Source of the DNA: an uncultured Candidatus Saccharibacteria bacterium
GTDB taxonomy: Bacteria > Patescibacteriota > Minisyncoccia > Minisyncoccales > CAYUYO01
DNA length: 56,431 bases
NCBI GenBank assembly: GCA_964449385.1
Contig: CAYUYO010000004.1
Coordinates: 1-56,431, forward strand
Direction: 5' to 3'
Part shown: positions 25,474-34,962 of the stretch, piece by piece
Layout: every line of letters begins with the position of its first letter
Position numbering within the stretch: the stretch's first letter is position 1
Position numbers and translations under genes: made by a program
Notes under the pieces: model-generated
Seen by the model: the letters and a program-made list of their open reading frames with translations, nothing else
The model's database searches: none
Told to the model about the DNA's origin: nothing

Positions 25474-26108
25474 TGCTTTCTCCTACTATTCAAAAACTTA
25501 TTTCTCTATTTTCTAAATTTCCAACGGTTGGACCGCGAACTGCTTCCCGTTTTGTTTTTTATTTATTGAAGCTGTCAAAAGAAGAGATTGAAGAACTTAT
25601 AAATTCTATCTCCAAACTAAAGAAAGATGTTAAAATTTGTTCTTTTTGCTTTAATCCTTTTGAACCTTCGACAAGTTCAAATCAAGAAGAAAAGCTTTGC
25701 AAGATTTGTTCTAATCCTATGCGCGATAAAACTTTGCTTTGTATTATTGAAAAAGAAACTGACTTAGTTACTCTTGAGAAAACTAAAAAATATACCGGAA
25801 GGTATTTTATTTTAGGCGGAACTGTTTCTAAACTCAAAAAGGCTGATATTGAAAAATTGAGGACTAAAGAACTGGAAAAACTAATAAAAGATCATCCGGA
25901 AATTAAAGAAGTAATCATTGCTATTAATCCAACTGTTGAGGGTGAAGCTACGGCTTTATATTTAGAAAGATTATTAAAACCGTTTACTCATAGTGAGCTT
26001 GTTAATCCAATAAAAATCACCCGGCTTGGCCGGGGCTTGCCTACTGGAGCTGAATTGGAATATGCCGACGAAGAAACTTTATCTTCCGCTTTAGAAAATC
26101 GAAAATAA
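25473..26108 (+). CDS. recR: recombination protein RecR
   Basis: FPTVGPRTASRFVFYLL HhH, a C4 zinc finger (CSFC...CKIC) and a Toprim domain. Confidence 0.85.
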   Translation: MLSPTIQKLISLFSKFPTVGPRTASRFVFYLLKLSKEEIEELINSISKLKKDVKICSFCFNPFEPSTSSNQEEKLCKICSNPMRDKTLLCIIEKETDLVTLEKTKKYTGRYFILGGTVSKLKKADIEKLRTKELEKLIKDHPEIKEVIIAINPTVEGEATALYLERLLKPFTHSELVNPIKITRLGRGLPTGAELEYADEETLSSALENRK

Positions 26109-26447
26109 CTAGGTGTTAGAAATCTTAAGTATTTCTACTTCGGTAAAGGGCTGACGATGGCCCTTTTTTACTTTGTAACGTTTTTTTGCTCTATATTTGA
26201 AAATAATTACTTTTTTAGCTTTTGCTTGACGAACAATTTTTGCAATAACTTTGGCTCCTTTAATAAAAGGAGTACCGATTTCTAATTTATTGCTTTTTTC
26301 CAAAAGCAAGACATTATCAAAGATAATTTCTTCTTTTTCTTTCTCTGCACTTTTTTTAAAGTGTTGGGGATCAATTTTTTCAATCTTAATTTTTTGACCT
26401 GGAGAAACAAGATATTGTTTCCCTCCGGTTTTAATTACTGCTAACAT
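26109..26447 (-). CDS. rplU: 50S ribosomal protein L21
   Basis: MLAVIKTGGKQYLVSPGQKIKIEK and FKYRAKKRYKVKKGHRQ. Confidence 0.9.
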   Translation of the reverse strand: MLAVIKTGGKQYLVSPGQKIKIEKIDPQHFKKSAEKEKEEIIFDNVLLLEKSNKLEIGTPFIKGAKVIAKIVRQAKAKKVIIFKYRAKKRYKVKKGHRQPFTEVEILKISNT

Positions 26448-26452
26448 AATAT

Positions 26453-27475
26453 TTATTCTTGAGATGGCCTTTCTAATTGTTTTATTTTTATTTTTGTTTT
26501 CCCTTCTGTAATTTTTACCACATCTTTATCAATTTTACAAAATTCTTTATAGCTATTATTGTAAGCATTTACGGTTGTACCAAGATTATTTCCAAGTTTT
26601 TGTAAATATCCATCATATGTTATTAGATGCCGTCCTAATGATTCTACTCTTTTACGAATTTCTTTGGTTGATTCTTCAATTTGCATTGCGCGTAAACCTT
26701 GTAAAATTGTTTGAAGATAAGCATAAAAGGAAGTAGGAGAAACTATATGAACATGTTTTTCTCTGACTGCGTAATCAATTAAATCGCGGGTATTACTCTT
26801 AATTTCTCCAATTTTATTAATTAGTAAGTCATAATAAATTGCTTCGGCTGGAATAAACATAAAAGCAAAATCTAAGGTTTTTTCCTGCGGCATAATATAT
26901 TTTGCCGTTTCATCAATCCGATTTTTTAAATCCTGTTTAAATGTTTTTTCTAATTTTTCTCGTTCAATTGGATTTTTTTCCTCAATAATCCTATTATAAT
27001 TTTCTAAGGAGAATTTTGAATCTATAGGAATAATTTTATCTTTTATAAATATAACTGCATCAACTATTTGTTTGTTTTTAAATTCATATTGCATTTGGTA
27101 TTGATTAGGAGCAAAAACATTCTTTAATAATTCTTCCAAATAATATTCTCCTAATACTCCTCTTTGTTTTGGATTTTTTAAGATATTTTCCAACGATTGC
27201 AATTGTTCTGCAAAACCAATTACCTGTTTATTGGTATTGTCTAAATTAGTTAATTTTTCGGTAATATTCTCGATAATCTTAACATTTTGACCCAATTGAG
27301 TTTGTATTGTTTTATTTGATTCTGATAGCTTGTTATCTAAAATCTGATTGATTTGATTCAATTGCTGCATTATCAAAGAGCTACTTTCTTTTTCGGTTTC
27401 TTTTTTGATAAAAAAAATTACTACTACTAAAATAAGAACAATTAAAATTAAAAACGGAATTATTATTTGTTCCAT
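26453..27475 (-). CDS. rmuC: DNA recombination protein RmuC
   Basis: N-terminal TM helix, a coiled coil, and an LDFAFMFIPAEAIYYDLL nuclease-like core. Confidence 0.75.
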   Translation of the reverse strand: MEQIIIPFLILIVLILVVVIFFIKKETEKESSSLIMQQLNQINQILDNKLSESNKTIQTQLGQNVKIIENITEKLTNLDNTNKQVIGFAEQLQSLENILKNPKQRGVLGEYYLEELLKNVFAPNQYQMQYEFKNKQIVDAVIFIKDKIIPIDSKFSLENYNRIIEEKNPIEREKLEKTFKQDLKNRIDETAKYIMPQEKTLDFAFMFIPAEAIYYDLLINKIGEIKSNTRDLIDYAVREKHVHIVSPTSFYAYLQTILQGLRAMQIEESTKEIRKRVESLGRHLITYDGYLQKLGNNLGTTVNAYNNSYKEFCKIDKDVVKITEGKTKIKIKQLERPSQE

Positions 27476-27494
27476 TATAAATATCTTAGCATTA

Positions 27495-28448
27495 TTAGAC
27501 TAAAATTTCAACTAAAACAAAGACGATATAAATTCCCAATAAAAATAAAGCTTCTTTTTTAGTAATTTTTCTGTCGGTCCAGATAAAAAAGAGAAAAAAT
27601 AAAGCAGCAATTATCAAGAAGAATCTACCAATAGCAAAAGGAGAAAAATCTGAAATTTCAATCGGACAAATTAAAGCTACGGTACCTAAAACTAAAGTAG
27701 CAGGCACTATTACCGCTCCAATTAAATCTCCTAAAATCATCCAGGTTTGTCCTTTTCTGGCTGAAGCTATGGCAAAATAAGCTTCGGGTAAGGCATTGCC
27801 AAAGCCAACAATTAAGATTCCGATTAAAGCAATAGACAAATTTAAACTTTCAGCAAAAAAAGATGCCGATCTAACCATTCCTTCAGCAGCTAATAATAGA
27901 AGAACTATTCCCAAAATTATTGCACCTAAATCTTTAATGAAAGTTCCGAATCCTTTGACAATTTTTACTTTTTCTTCCTCATATACTTTGGTGAATCTTT
28001 CCTTTTTAGAAAAGAGCCAGAAAACATAAAAAACAAAGCATAAAATCAATAATACACCGTCTATTCTACCCAAAGTACCGTCTAAGATTAATAAGAGAGG
28101 CAAGATAACGATTATAATAGTAAAAATAGAACTAGTTTGAACTACTTTGCTGTTTGTCGGAAGACCTTTCGCAATTAAAGCAGCTATTGCTACGATAATA
28201 GTCAAAACAATTAAATTTCCTCCGACGATATCACCAAAAGAAAGCTGAGGAATGCCGTGAAGAGCTGAAGAAATTCCCACAAAAAGATTAGGAAGAGAGC
28301 CGGCAAAAGCCATAACTAAAAATGAAAGGACAAATTCCCGCCAACCTAAAAACCTGGCCATTCTAGTTAAAACTTTAACTAATAAGCTTCCAGAAAAAAA
28401 TAAAAGTCCGCAACTGCCCAAAAAAATTAAGACATAAGTCCATATCAT
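27495..28448 (-). CDS. Ca2+/Na+ antiporter (CaCA family, YrbG-like)
   Basis: Two alpha-repeats (AGSLPNLFVGI and GNALPEAYFAI) in a polytopic membrane protein. Overlaps the upstream ATPase gene by 4 nt. Confidence 0.75.
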   Translation of the reverse strand: MIWTYVLIFLGSCGLLFFSGSLLVKVLTRMARFLGWREFVLSFLVMAFAGSLPNLFVGISSALHGIPQLSFGDIVGGNLIVLTIIVAIAALIAKGLPTNSKVVQTSSIFTIIIVILPLLLILDGTLGRIDGVLLILCFVFYVFWLFSKKERFTKVYEEEKVKIVKGFGTFIKDLGAIILGIVLLLLAAEGMVRSASFFAESLNLSIALIGILIVGFGNALPEAYFAIASARKGQTWMILGDLIGAVIVPATLVLGTVALICPIEISDFSPFAIGRFFLIIAALFFLFFIWTDRKITKKEALFLLGIYIVFVLVEILV

Positions 28449-31030
28449 ATTTCAGTTTGATGTCTAATAATAAAATAATGTTTAGCTGCTTCAATCAAAA
28501 TTACTTCAATTATTCCCAGACTAATTAAAATTAACCAGTCAAATAATCCCAAGGGAACGGTTTTAAGCAAGGTTTGAAAAACCGGTAAATATAAAGCAGA
28601 AATAAGAGCAACGAATCCAACAATCCAGGCAAGAATTAAAAGCTTGTTTGAAAATAGATTTATGTGCCATAAATTACGTCTTAAGCTTTTACAGCAAAAA
28701 ACATAGAAAATAGAATCAATAGCCAAACAGGCAAAAACCATTGTTCTAATATGAGCTATATCATGATCTTGTCGCCAAAGCCAGAAAAATAATCCCAAAA
28801 GAATCAAATCGGTAATTAATCCGATAACAAAAATTATTACTTTCATTTCTTTAGTCAAAAGAGGAGTATCGTGTCCATGAGGTTTTTGTCGCATTAAATC
28901 TTTTTCTTTTGGTTCAAAAGCCAAAGCAATATCAGGCAAACCGTCTTCAATTAAGTTTACCCATAAAATTTGGACCGGTAAAATCGGTAATGGCAGTCCG
29001 GCCATTAAAGCTCCACCAATTAAAATTACTTCGGAAAAGCTGTCCGAGAGCAAATAAGTAATAACTTTTCGCATATTATCGATAATTGCCCTTCCTTCTT
29101 CTATAGCAGCTACAATTATATTAAAAGAATCCGGCAAAAGAATTAGATCAGAAGCTTCCTTAGCTACGTCGGTTCCAGAACCCAAAGCTATTCCAATATC
29201 TGCTTTCTTTAAAGCAGCGGCATCATTTATTCCGTCCCCTGTCATAGCTATTACTTCTCCTTTTTCTTGCCAAGCTTCAATAATTCGAAGTTTATGGCGC
29301 GGTTCAGCTCTAGCATAAACTTCAATATTTTTCACGATTTTTAGGAATTCTTCATCTGACAATTTATCTAAATCTTTTCCTTCAATAATATTTTCTTTTT
29401 TAGTTTTGAGACCAATTTCAATAGCTACTGCTTTAGCCGTTAATTTATGATCGCCGGTTACCAGAATTGACTTCATTCCTGCCTGACGACATATTTTAAT
29501 AGCTTCTTTCACTTCTTTTCTTAAAGGATCGGTAAGTCCTAAAAGAGCGGTAAATTCCAAATCTTTGAATTCAATATTGGCAATCTTTGTTTCTTTGGTA
29601 GTTTTTACGGCTAAAGCTATGGTCCTAAATCCCTGAGATGTAATATTTTTTAATTCTTCTTCCCATTTTTTTCTTTCCCTATCGTTTATTTTTGACATTT
29701 CTAAAATTTTCTCCGGTGCTCCCGAAACAAACAAAATATTTTTATTGTTTAATTTATTCAGATTATGCAGAGTGGATATAAACTTTTTTTGATTATCAAA
29801 AGGAATTTCATCAATTTTTGGCAGTTCTTTTTCTAATTTTTCTTTTGTGAATCCTTGTGATAATGCATAAAAAAGCAAAGCTTTATCGGTAGGCCTTCCT
29901 CTTAGTTTCCATTTTTCTGATGGAGCTTTTGGATTTTCAACAAAAGCTTCATTACATAATAAAGCAATTTTAGGAATAAGGCCTTTATTTTTTCCGGGCA
30001 AGACTTTTGTTACTTTTATTTTTCCTTCGGTTAAAGTACAGGTTTTATCAGTTGCAATAATTGAAGTGCTGCCTAATGTTTCAGCTGCTACTAATTTCCT
30101 GACCAATCCTTTTTTATTTAGAATTTTTTGCATTCCTAATGCTAAAATTACGGTCATAGCTACTGGTAATCCTTCGGGAATAGCAGCTACTGCTACTGCT
30201 ACAGAAGTAGTAAACATTTCCAAGAAAGTATTGCCGGTAACTAATCCTTCAATAAAAATAAAAATACAAATTATTCCGATAGCTCCTCCAACAATCTGGC
30301 TAAGATGAGTTATTTTTTTCTGAAGAGGGGTTTTTTCTTCTTTAGTTTCTTTTATCATTTTTGCTACTTTTCCTATTTCGGTCTGAATCCCAATTTCAAC
30401 AACTATTGCTTTTCCGTTTCCGGATTCAACTATTGTTCCCATATAGACCATATTGTCCCTGTCAGCCAAAGGTACTTGAATTGGCAGGGTTTCAGATTTT
30501 TTTTCAGCTGCCATCCACTCTCCGGTCAAAGTCATTTCGTTAATTTTTAAATCATGACTTTCAATTATTCTTCCATCAGCCGGTACTTTGTTTCCCGGAT
30601 TTAAAACAATAATATCTCCAGGAACTATTTCAGCTGAATCAATTATTTTTAGATTGCCGTTTCTTAAAACTTCAGCTTTATATTCAACTACTTTTTTTAA
30701 CTCTTTTAAGGTTTGAGAAGCTTTATTTTCCTGTAAATATCCTACAATGGTATTTAAAAAAACAGCACCAAAAATGACGATACTGTCAGTAAACTCTTTT
30801 AAAAGTAAGGTAATAATTCCTGCAATTATTAAAATAAAAATTAAAGGACTTTTTAACTGTTCAAAAAATATACTTAGTTTAGATATTGGTTTTTCTTCCG
30901 GAAGTAAATTTTTACCAGATTGTTTTTGATATAATTGAACTGCTTTTTCGGTTAATCCTTTTTCCTTATTAGTTTTTAAGAATTTAATTACTTCTGAAAC
31001 ATTTAAACTATGCCAATAGATTTGAGTCAT
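28445..31030 (-). CDS. P-type (type II, Ca2+-ATPase-like) cation-transporting ATPase
   Basis: TGEW actuator motif, phosphorylation motif variant DKTCTLT, and the TGDHKLTA and GDGINDAAALKKADIG motifs. Confidence 0.85.
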   Translation of the reverse strand: MTQIYWHSLNVSEVIKFLKTNKEKGLTEKAVQLYQKQSGKNLLPEEKPISKLSIFFEQLKSPLIFILIIAGIITLLLKEFTDSIVIFGAVFLNTIVGYLQENKASQTLKELKKVVEYKAEVLRNGNLKIIDSAEIVPGDIIVLNPGNKVPADGRIIESHDLKINEMTLTGEWMAAEKKSETLPIQVPLADRDNMVYMGTIVESGNGKAIVVEIGIQTEIGKVAKMIKETKEEKTPLQKKITHLSQIVGGAIGIICIFIFIEGLVTGNTFLEMFTTSVAVAVAAIPEGLPVAMTVILALGMQKILNKKGLVRKLVAAETLGSTSIIATDKTCTLTEGKIKVTKVLPGKNKGLIPKIALLCNEAFVENPKAPSEKWKLRGRPTDKALLFYALSQGFTKEKLEKELPKIDEIPFDNQKKFISTLHNLNKLNNKNILFVSGAPEKILEMSKINDRERKKWEEELKNITSQGFRTIALAVKTTKETKIANIEFKDLEFTALLGLTDPLRKEVKEAIKICRQAGMKSILVTGDHKLTAKAVAIEIGLKTKKENIIEGKDLDKLSDEEFLKIVKNIEVYARAEPRHKLRIIEAWQEKGEVIAMTGDGINDAAALKKADIGIALGSGTDVAKEASDLILLPDSFNIIVAAIEEGRAIIDNMRKVITYLLSDSFSEVILIGGALMAGLPLPILPVQILWVNLIEDGLPDIALAFEPKEKDLMRQKPHGHDTPLLTKEMKVIIFVIGLITDLILLGLFFWLWRQDHDIAHIRTMVFACLAIDSIFYVFCCKSLRRNLWHINLFSNKLLILAWIVGFVALISALYLPVFQTLLKTVPLGLFDWLILISLGIIEVILIEAAKHYFIIRHQTEI

Positions 31031-31084
31031 TAGTTTATTGTAAACAAAAAAAGACTGGACTTCCAGCTTGATGTATTAGTATTG

Positions 31085-31157
31085 CGGCCCCAGCGGGAGT
31101 CGAACCCGAATTACATGGATGAGAACCATGCGTCCTAAACCATTAGACGATGGGGCC
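31085..31157 (-). tRNA. tRNA-Glu (anticodon CUC)
   Basis: Manual cloverleaf: acceptor GGCCCCA/TGGGGCC, D stem GTCT/GGAC, anticodon stem CATGG/CCATG with loop TTCTCAT, T loop TTCGACT. There is one mismatch at the base of the T stem. Confidence 0.85.
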
Positions 31158-31171
31158 TATAATTATTAATG

Positions 31172-31202
31172 AAGGTCGCCTTGATAGAATCTAGGCGACC
31201 TT
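31172..31202 (-). terminator. 10-bp hairpin between the small Zn-ribbon gene and tRNA-Glu
   Basis: AAGGTCGCCT pairs with AGGCGACCTT. The U-tract is weak. Confidence 0.45.
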
Positions 31203-31226
31203 CTAGACAAACTTGAAGCAGAGAAG

Positions 31227-31439
31227 CTACATCTTTCTCTTGGAGTGAGAGTTACGGATCTTCACATTCACCATAACTCTATTGAAAGAATTATTGTTTT
31301 CTTCAACAATACTGGTGACTTCAAGAGATGCTCCACAGCCAAGATTGGAACATTTCGGAAAATGATTCCGGTGAGTAGTGCCGATTTCTCCACAAACAGG
31401 ACACCTGAATTCCCAGACTTCCAAGTTTCTCCTACTCAT
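31227..31439 (-). CDS. small GC-rich zinc-ribbon protein
   Basis: MSRRNLEVWEFRCPVCGEIG...KCSNLGCG, with a GGGGGG purine tract 11 nt upstream of ATG 31439. The longer track ORF (to 31487) lacks a plausible SD. Confidence 0.5.
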   Translation of the reverse strand: MSRRNLEVWEFRCPVCGEIGTTHRNHFPKCSNLGCGASLEVTSIVEENNNSFNRVMVNVKIRNSHSKRKM

Positions 31440-31546
31440 TATGTTTCGTTCCCCCCTTTTCAAGCCTTTCTGGTTGTTAAAGGACAATCAATATTTCATA
31501 AATCCTCCTTTCTTATATTATATTATCTTTGAAAATTTTTTCAAGC

Positions 31547-33139
31547 CTACTCATAGTCATGAGGAATTTGATAATAATCAATAATATATTTTATTAAATC
31601 ATGAGCAACCAATGTGGTTGATGCACCGGCTGATTGAGCCATCGGATTATCAAGTTTTATTAAAACTAAGAACTTTGGCTCAAAAGCCGGAGCAAATCCA
31701 ACAAAGCTTTGCCAGGTTTTATCCGAATAACCGGATTTGTCAATTCCTAAAACAGAAAAAGGAATATTAGAAGTTCCGGTTTTTCCAGCAATATAATAAC
31801 CGGGAATTTTAGCTTTTTCAGCATAACCATTTTCTACCGAGCTAACTAACATTGCTGTTAATTGAGAAGCAGTTTTATAAGAAATTACTTGTCTTTCTTC
31901 TTCAGGATTAGAATAAGATGGATCGTTTATCAAATGTGGTGTGACTAATTTTCCATTATTAGCAATAGTACCTATAGCTTTTACTAATTGAATGGGAGTC
32001 ATTTCAATTCCTTGTCCAAAACTGGCTGTTGCAAAATTTATTTCATAACCTTGTTTAAATTCTTTATTTTCAGAATAAGTTTCCGGCAGATCAATTCCAG
32101 TTGGTTCAAAAATGCCGAATTTAGTTAAATAGTCTAAAAAAACTTTATGAGGAAGTTGTTTTTCAACAAAGACCGCTCCGGTATTAATTGAATTTTCTAG
32201 GACTTGGGTCATTGTTTGTTCTCCCCAAACATGAAAGTTATAATTAGTAATTGACCAACCTCCGATTTTCACTACTCCTTCATCAATATAAGTGGTTTGA
32301 GGAGTAATTTTTCCTTCTTCCAGTCCAATAGCCATAGTTATAGGCTTAAAAATTGAACCCGGTTCAAAGAGTTTTTGAGTTGCTCCATTCTGAAAGATTT
32401 CTAAATTGTCAGCTGTTGCATATTCGATATATTCATTGGGATTAAAGTTTGGAAAATTAGCCAAAGCGATTATTTCTCCAGAATGTGGCTCCATCACTAT
32501 AATTTGGCCTCCCTCAATAGCTAAATCTTCTTTAGCTTTTTGTAATAATTTTTCAGCTGTAAATTGAATATTATAATCTAATGTCAGAACAATATCAGAG
32601 TTGTTTGCAAGTTCTTCGTTATAATATTCTTCTAATCCATATTGCCCTTTTTTTTCAGCTCCTAAGAAACCAATTACTTGAGAAGCTAATGATTCTTGAG
32701 GATAATATCTGCCTTGTTCAGATTCAAGATAAATTCCTGCTAGGTTTATTTTTTTTAAATCTTCCACTTCTTGATTACTCAGTCTACTTTTAATTGGCGA
32801 ATATAATGTATCTTTCTGGAGTTTTTTTAAAACAAAAGCTTCGTCAAGCGAAAGCATTTCAGATAAAGTTTTGGCAGTTTCTTCTATTTTTGTAATTTTG
32901 GGAGGATAAGCAAAAACCAATGGCCATTTCTTATCAATTGCTAAATATTCTTTATCTTTTAAAAAAATCTTTCCTCGAGCTGTTATTTGACTTTCTTCGC
33001 CGTTGGCGGAAACACTTTGGCCTTGAGCCAGGGCTTTATAGAAATCAGCTCGAACAATTTGAATAAAAAAAAGCTTACTAAGAAGCACTACTAAAAGTAA
33101 AAATATTAATATAAAAATTAAATTGATTCTTGTTCTCAT
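31547..33139 (-). CDS. ftsI: penicillin-binding protein 2/3-type transpeptidase (FtsI-like)
   Basis: SxxK (GSIFKP), SxN (NSINTG) and KTG (GKTGTS) motifs, with dcw-cluster position after ftsL. Confidence 0.8.
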   Translation of the reverse strand: MRTRINLIFILIFLLLVVLLSKLFFIQIVRADFYKALAQGQSVSANGEESQITARGKIFLKDKEYLAIDKKWPLVFAYPPKITKIEETAKTLSEMLSLDEAFVLKKLQKDTLYSPIKSRLSNQEVEDLKKINLAGIYLESEQGRYYPQESLASQVIGFLGAEKKGQYGLEEYYNEELANNSDIVLTLDYNIQFTAEKLLQKAKEDLAIEGGQIIVMEPHSGEIIALANFPNFNPNEYIEYATADNLEIFQNGATQKLFEPGSIFKPITMAIGLEEGKITPQTTYIDEGVVKIGGWSITNYNFHVWGEQTMTQVLENSINTGAVFVEKQLPHKVFLDYLTKFGIFEPTGIDLPETYSENKEFKQGYEINFATASFGQGIEMTPIQLVKAIGTIANNGKLVTPHLINDPSYSNPEEERQVISYKTASQLTAMLVSSVENGYAEKAKIPGYYIAGKTGTSNIPFSVLGIDKSGYSDKTWQSFVGFAPAFEPKFLVLIKLDNPMAQSAGASTTLVAHDLIKYIIDYYQIPHDYE

Positions 33140-33145
33140 TGCTTA

Positions 33146-33424
33146 TTATCTTATAGCCACTGAAGTTTCCAGAATATGAATATATTTTATTTTATTTGCT
33201 CTTTCAAAGTTTTGGGTTTGAAGATAACTTACAATGTTTTTAAGAGAATTAACTTCTGAAAAATTAATTTCTAAAGCCTCATTTTCTTCAGAAAGCTGAT
33301 TTAATTGTTTCTCATAATTTTCGATGAGATAAATTTCCTTACTTAAAGAATTAACCTGAAAAACATAAAAAGATAAGAGAAACAGTATGGAAATAGAGAT
33401 TGTTGCTTTAATAAATTTAGCCAT
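33146..33424 (-). CDS. ftsL: cell division protein FtsL-like (TM + coiled coil)
   Basis: 92 aa with an N-terminal TM helix and a leucine-zipper-like region, positioned between rsmH and ftsI. Confidence 0.55.
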   Translation of the reverse strand: MAKFIKATISISILFLLSFYVFQVNSLSKEIYLIENYEKQLNQLSEENEALEINFSEVNSLKNIVSYLQTQNFERANKIKYIHILETSVAIR

Positions 33425-34299
33425 TATATTTTTATTGCCGCTCTAAGTTTAGCTGACCTTGCTCTAGGATTAATTTTTATTTCTTCTTCTTGAGGTTTAA
33501 TCGGCTTTTTAGTTAAAATATTTAATTTTTTTGAAGCGCAAGACCGATAAAAATTTTTTACAATTCGGTCTTCTAAAGAATGAAAGGAAATTACTACTAA
33601 TCTTCCTCCCGGAGCTAATATTTTTACGGCCTGAGGTAAGGCTTCTTCTATATTGTTTAATTCGTTATTAACGGTAATTCTCAAAGCTTGAAAGGTTTTA
33701 GTAGCAGGATGAATTTTTTTATGTTGATATTGAAAAGGAACTGTTTTCTTAATAATTTCTACCAACTGAGATGTTGTTTCAATTGGTTTTATTCTTCTGA
33801 AGTCAATAATTTTTTCAGCAATCTTTTTAGAGAATTGTTCTTCTCCGTATTCTCTTAAAACTCTTTCAATTTCAAGTTTTGACCAAAAATTCAGAATTTT
33901 CTCAGCTGTTAAGGGATTTTGAATGTTATACCTCATATCTAAAAGTTCTTCTTTCAAAAAACTAAATCCCCTTTTACTCTCTTCTAAATCCCAGCTTGAA
34001 AAACCTAAATCAAATAATATTCCTGAAACAAAAGAAAATTTTTCTTTCTTAACAATCTCTTCCAAATTGATAAAAGAATCGCAAATAAGAATTAGCCTTT
34101 CTTTTTCCTTCTTTTCCTTTAAATTTTTAATCTTTTCTGAATCCCAATCAATTCCCAAAACTTTTCCTTTTGGAGTATTTTTTTCCAGAATTGCAGTAGT
34201 ATGGCCTGCTTCGCCAATCGTACAATCAATAAAATCCTCATTTGGCTTAGGATCCAAGTATTTAATAACTTCTTTTTGAAGAACTGGTATATGACTCAC
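33424..34299 (-). CDS. rsmH: 16S rRNA (cytosine1402-N4)-methyltransferase RsmH
   Basis: MSHIPVLQKEV, DCTIGEAGHT, LFDLGFSS and ISFHSLEDR motifs. Confidence 0.9.
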   Translation of the reverse strand: MSHIPVLQKEVIKYLDPKPNEDFIDCTIGEAGHTTAILEKNTPKGKVLGIDWDSEKIKNLKEKKEKERLILICDSFINLEEIVKKEKFSFVSGILFDLGFSSWDLEESKRGFSFLKEELLDMRYNIQNPLTAEKILNFWSKLEIERVLREYGEEQFSKKIAEKIIDFRRIKPIETTSQLVEIIKKTVPFQYQHKKIHPATKTFQALRITVNNELNNIEEALPQAVKILAPGGRLVVISFHSLEDRIVKNFYRSCASKKLNILTKKPIKPQEEEIKINPRARSAKLRAAIKI

Positions 34300-34320
34300 A
34301 ATTAAATTTTAAATTTAAGA

Positions 34321-34752
34321 TTAAATGCCGAGTTCCTTAAGGCGTTCTGCTATATCCCCTATTTCTGCTTCAGTTTTATTTTTATATTTTTCAAACTCTA
34401 ATTCATCCCATATTTCAACTTTATCGTACATTCCGACAAATATAACTTTCTTTTTAAGTATTGCGTATTTTTTTAAATAATCAGGTATTAAAATTCTGCC
34501 CAAATTATCAATATTAACTTCCATTGCTCCTCCTAATATTGATCTAGAAAATCCTCTGGCATCAGCTTGTGTAAAAGGAAGTTTGGCTATATTTTTAGCA
34601 ACATTTTCCCACACCTTAATTGAATAAAGATAAAGACATTGGTCTAACCCCTTAGTTATTATTGCCCGTTTTTCTAAAGCCTTCCGAAATTTAGCCGGAA
34701 TAGCTAATCTTTTCTTATCATCTATTGAGTATGTATATTCTCCTATAAACAT
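34321..34752 (-). CDS. mraZ: transcriptional regulator MraZ
   Basis: MFIGEY...DDKKRLAIPAKFR and NLGRILIPDYL duplicated SpoVT/AbrB-like motifs. Confidence 0.9.
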   Translation of the reverse strand: MFIGEYTYSIDDKKRLAIPAKFRKALEKRAIITKGLDQCLYLYSIKVWENVAKNIAKLPFTQADARGFSRSILGGAMEVNIDNLGRILIPDYLKKYAILKKKVIFVGMYDKVEIWDELEFEKYKNKTEAEIGDIAERLKELGI

Positions 34753-34757
34753 ATTTA

Positions 34758-34824
34758 TTCACAGTTTTGTTCACTTATCCCCAGCTTTTTCCACAATTCC
34801 CCACTTATGTTCTTTTTAACCCAC
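34758..34824 (-). promoter_or_regulatory. array of GTGG(G/A)-type direct repeats with about 10-bp phasing (candidate MraZ operator)
   Basis: The minus strand reads GTGGGTT..GTGGGGA..GTGGAAA..CTGGGGA..GTGAACA..GTGAATA, ending 6 nt before the mraZ ATG. A TTGACT-17-TAAAAA promoter overlaps the array. Confidence 0.5.
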
Positions 34825-34962
34825 TCTAGACTATGAGTCAACCAATATTAACCACTCTTAAAATCCCGATAAAAACTGAGTTTTATCCACAGTATATCCA
34901 CAGACAATAAAAAAAACAGTCATAAATGCTGTTTTTTATATTTCTTATCTAATAGAAGTTTA

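Noticed and set aside
34753-34962. A cluster of DnaA-box-like 9-mers (TTATTCACA, TTATCCCCA, TTTTCCACA, TTATCCACA, ATATCCACA) that could mark oriC
   Set aside because: Read on the mraZ strand, most are GTGG(G/A) words in 10-bp phase ending at the mraZ start. That is the expected MraZ operator geometry. No dnaA or dnaN lies nearby and there is no AT-rich unwinding element. Only the two distal boxes are kept as an open question.
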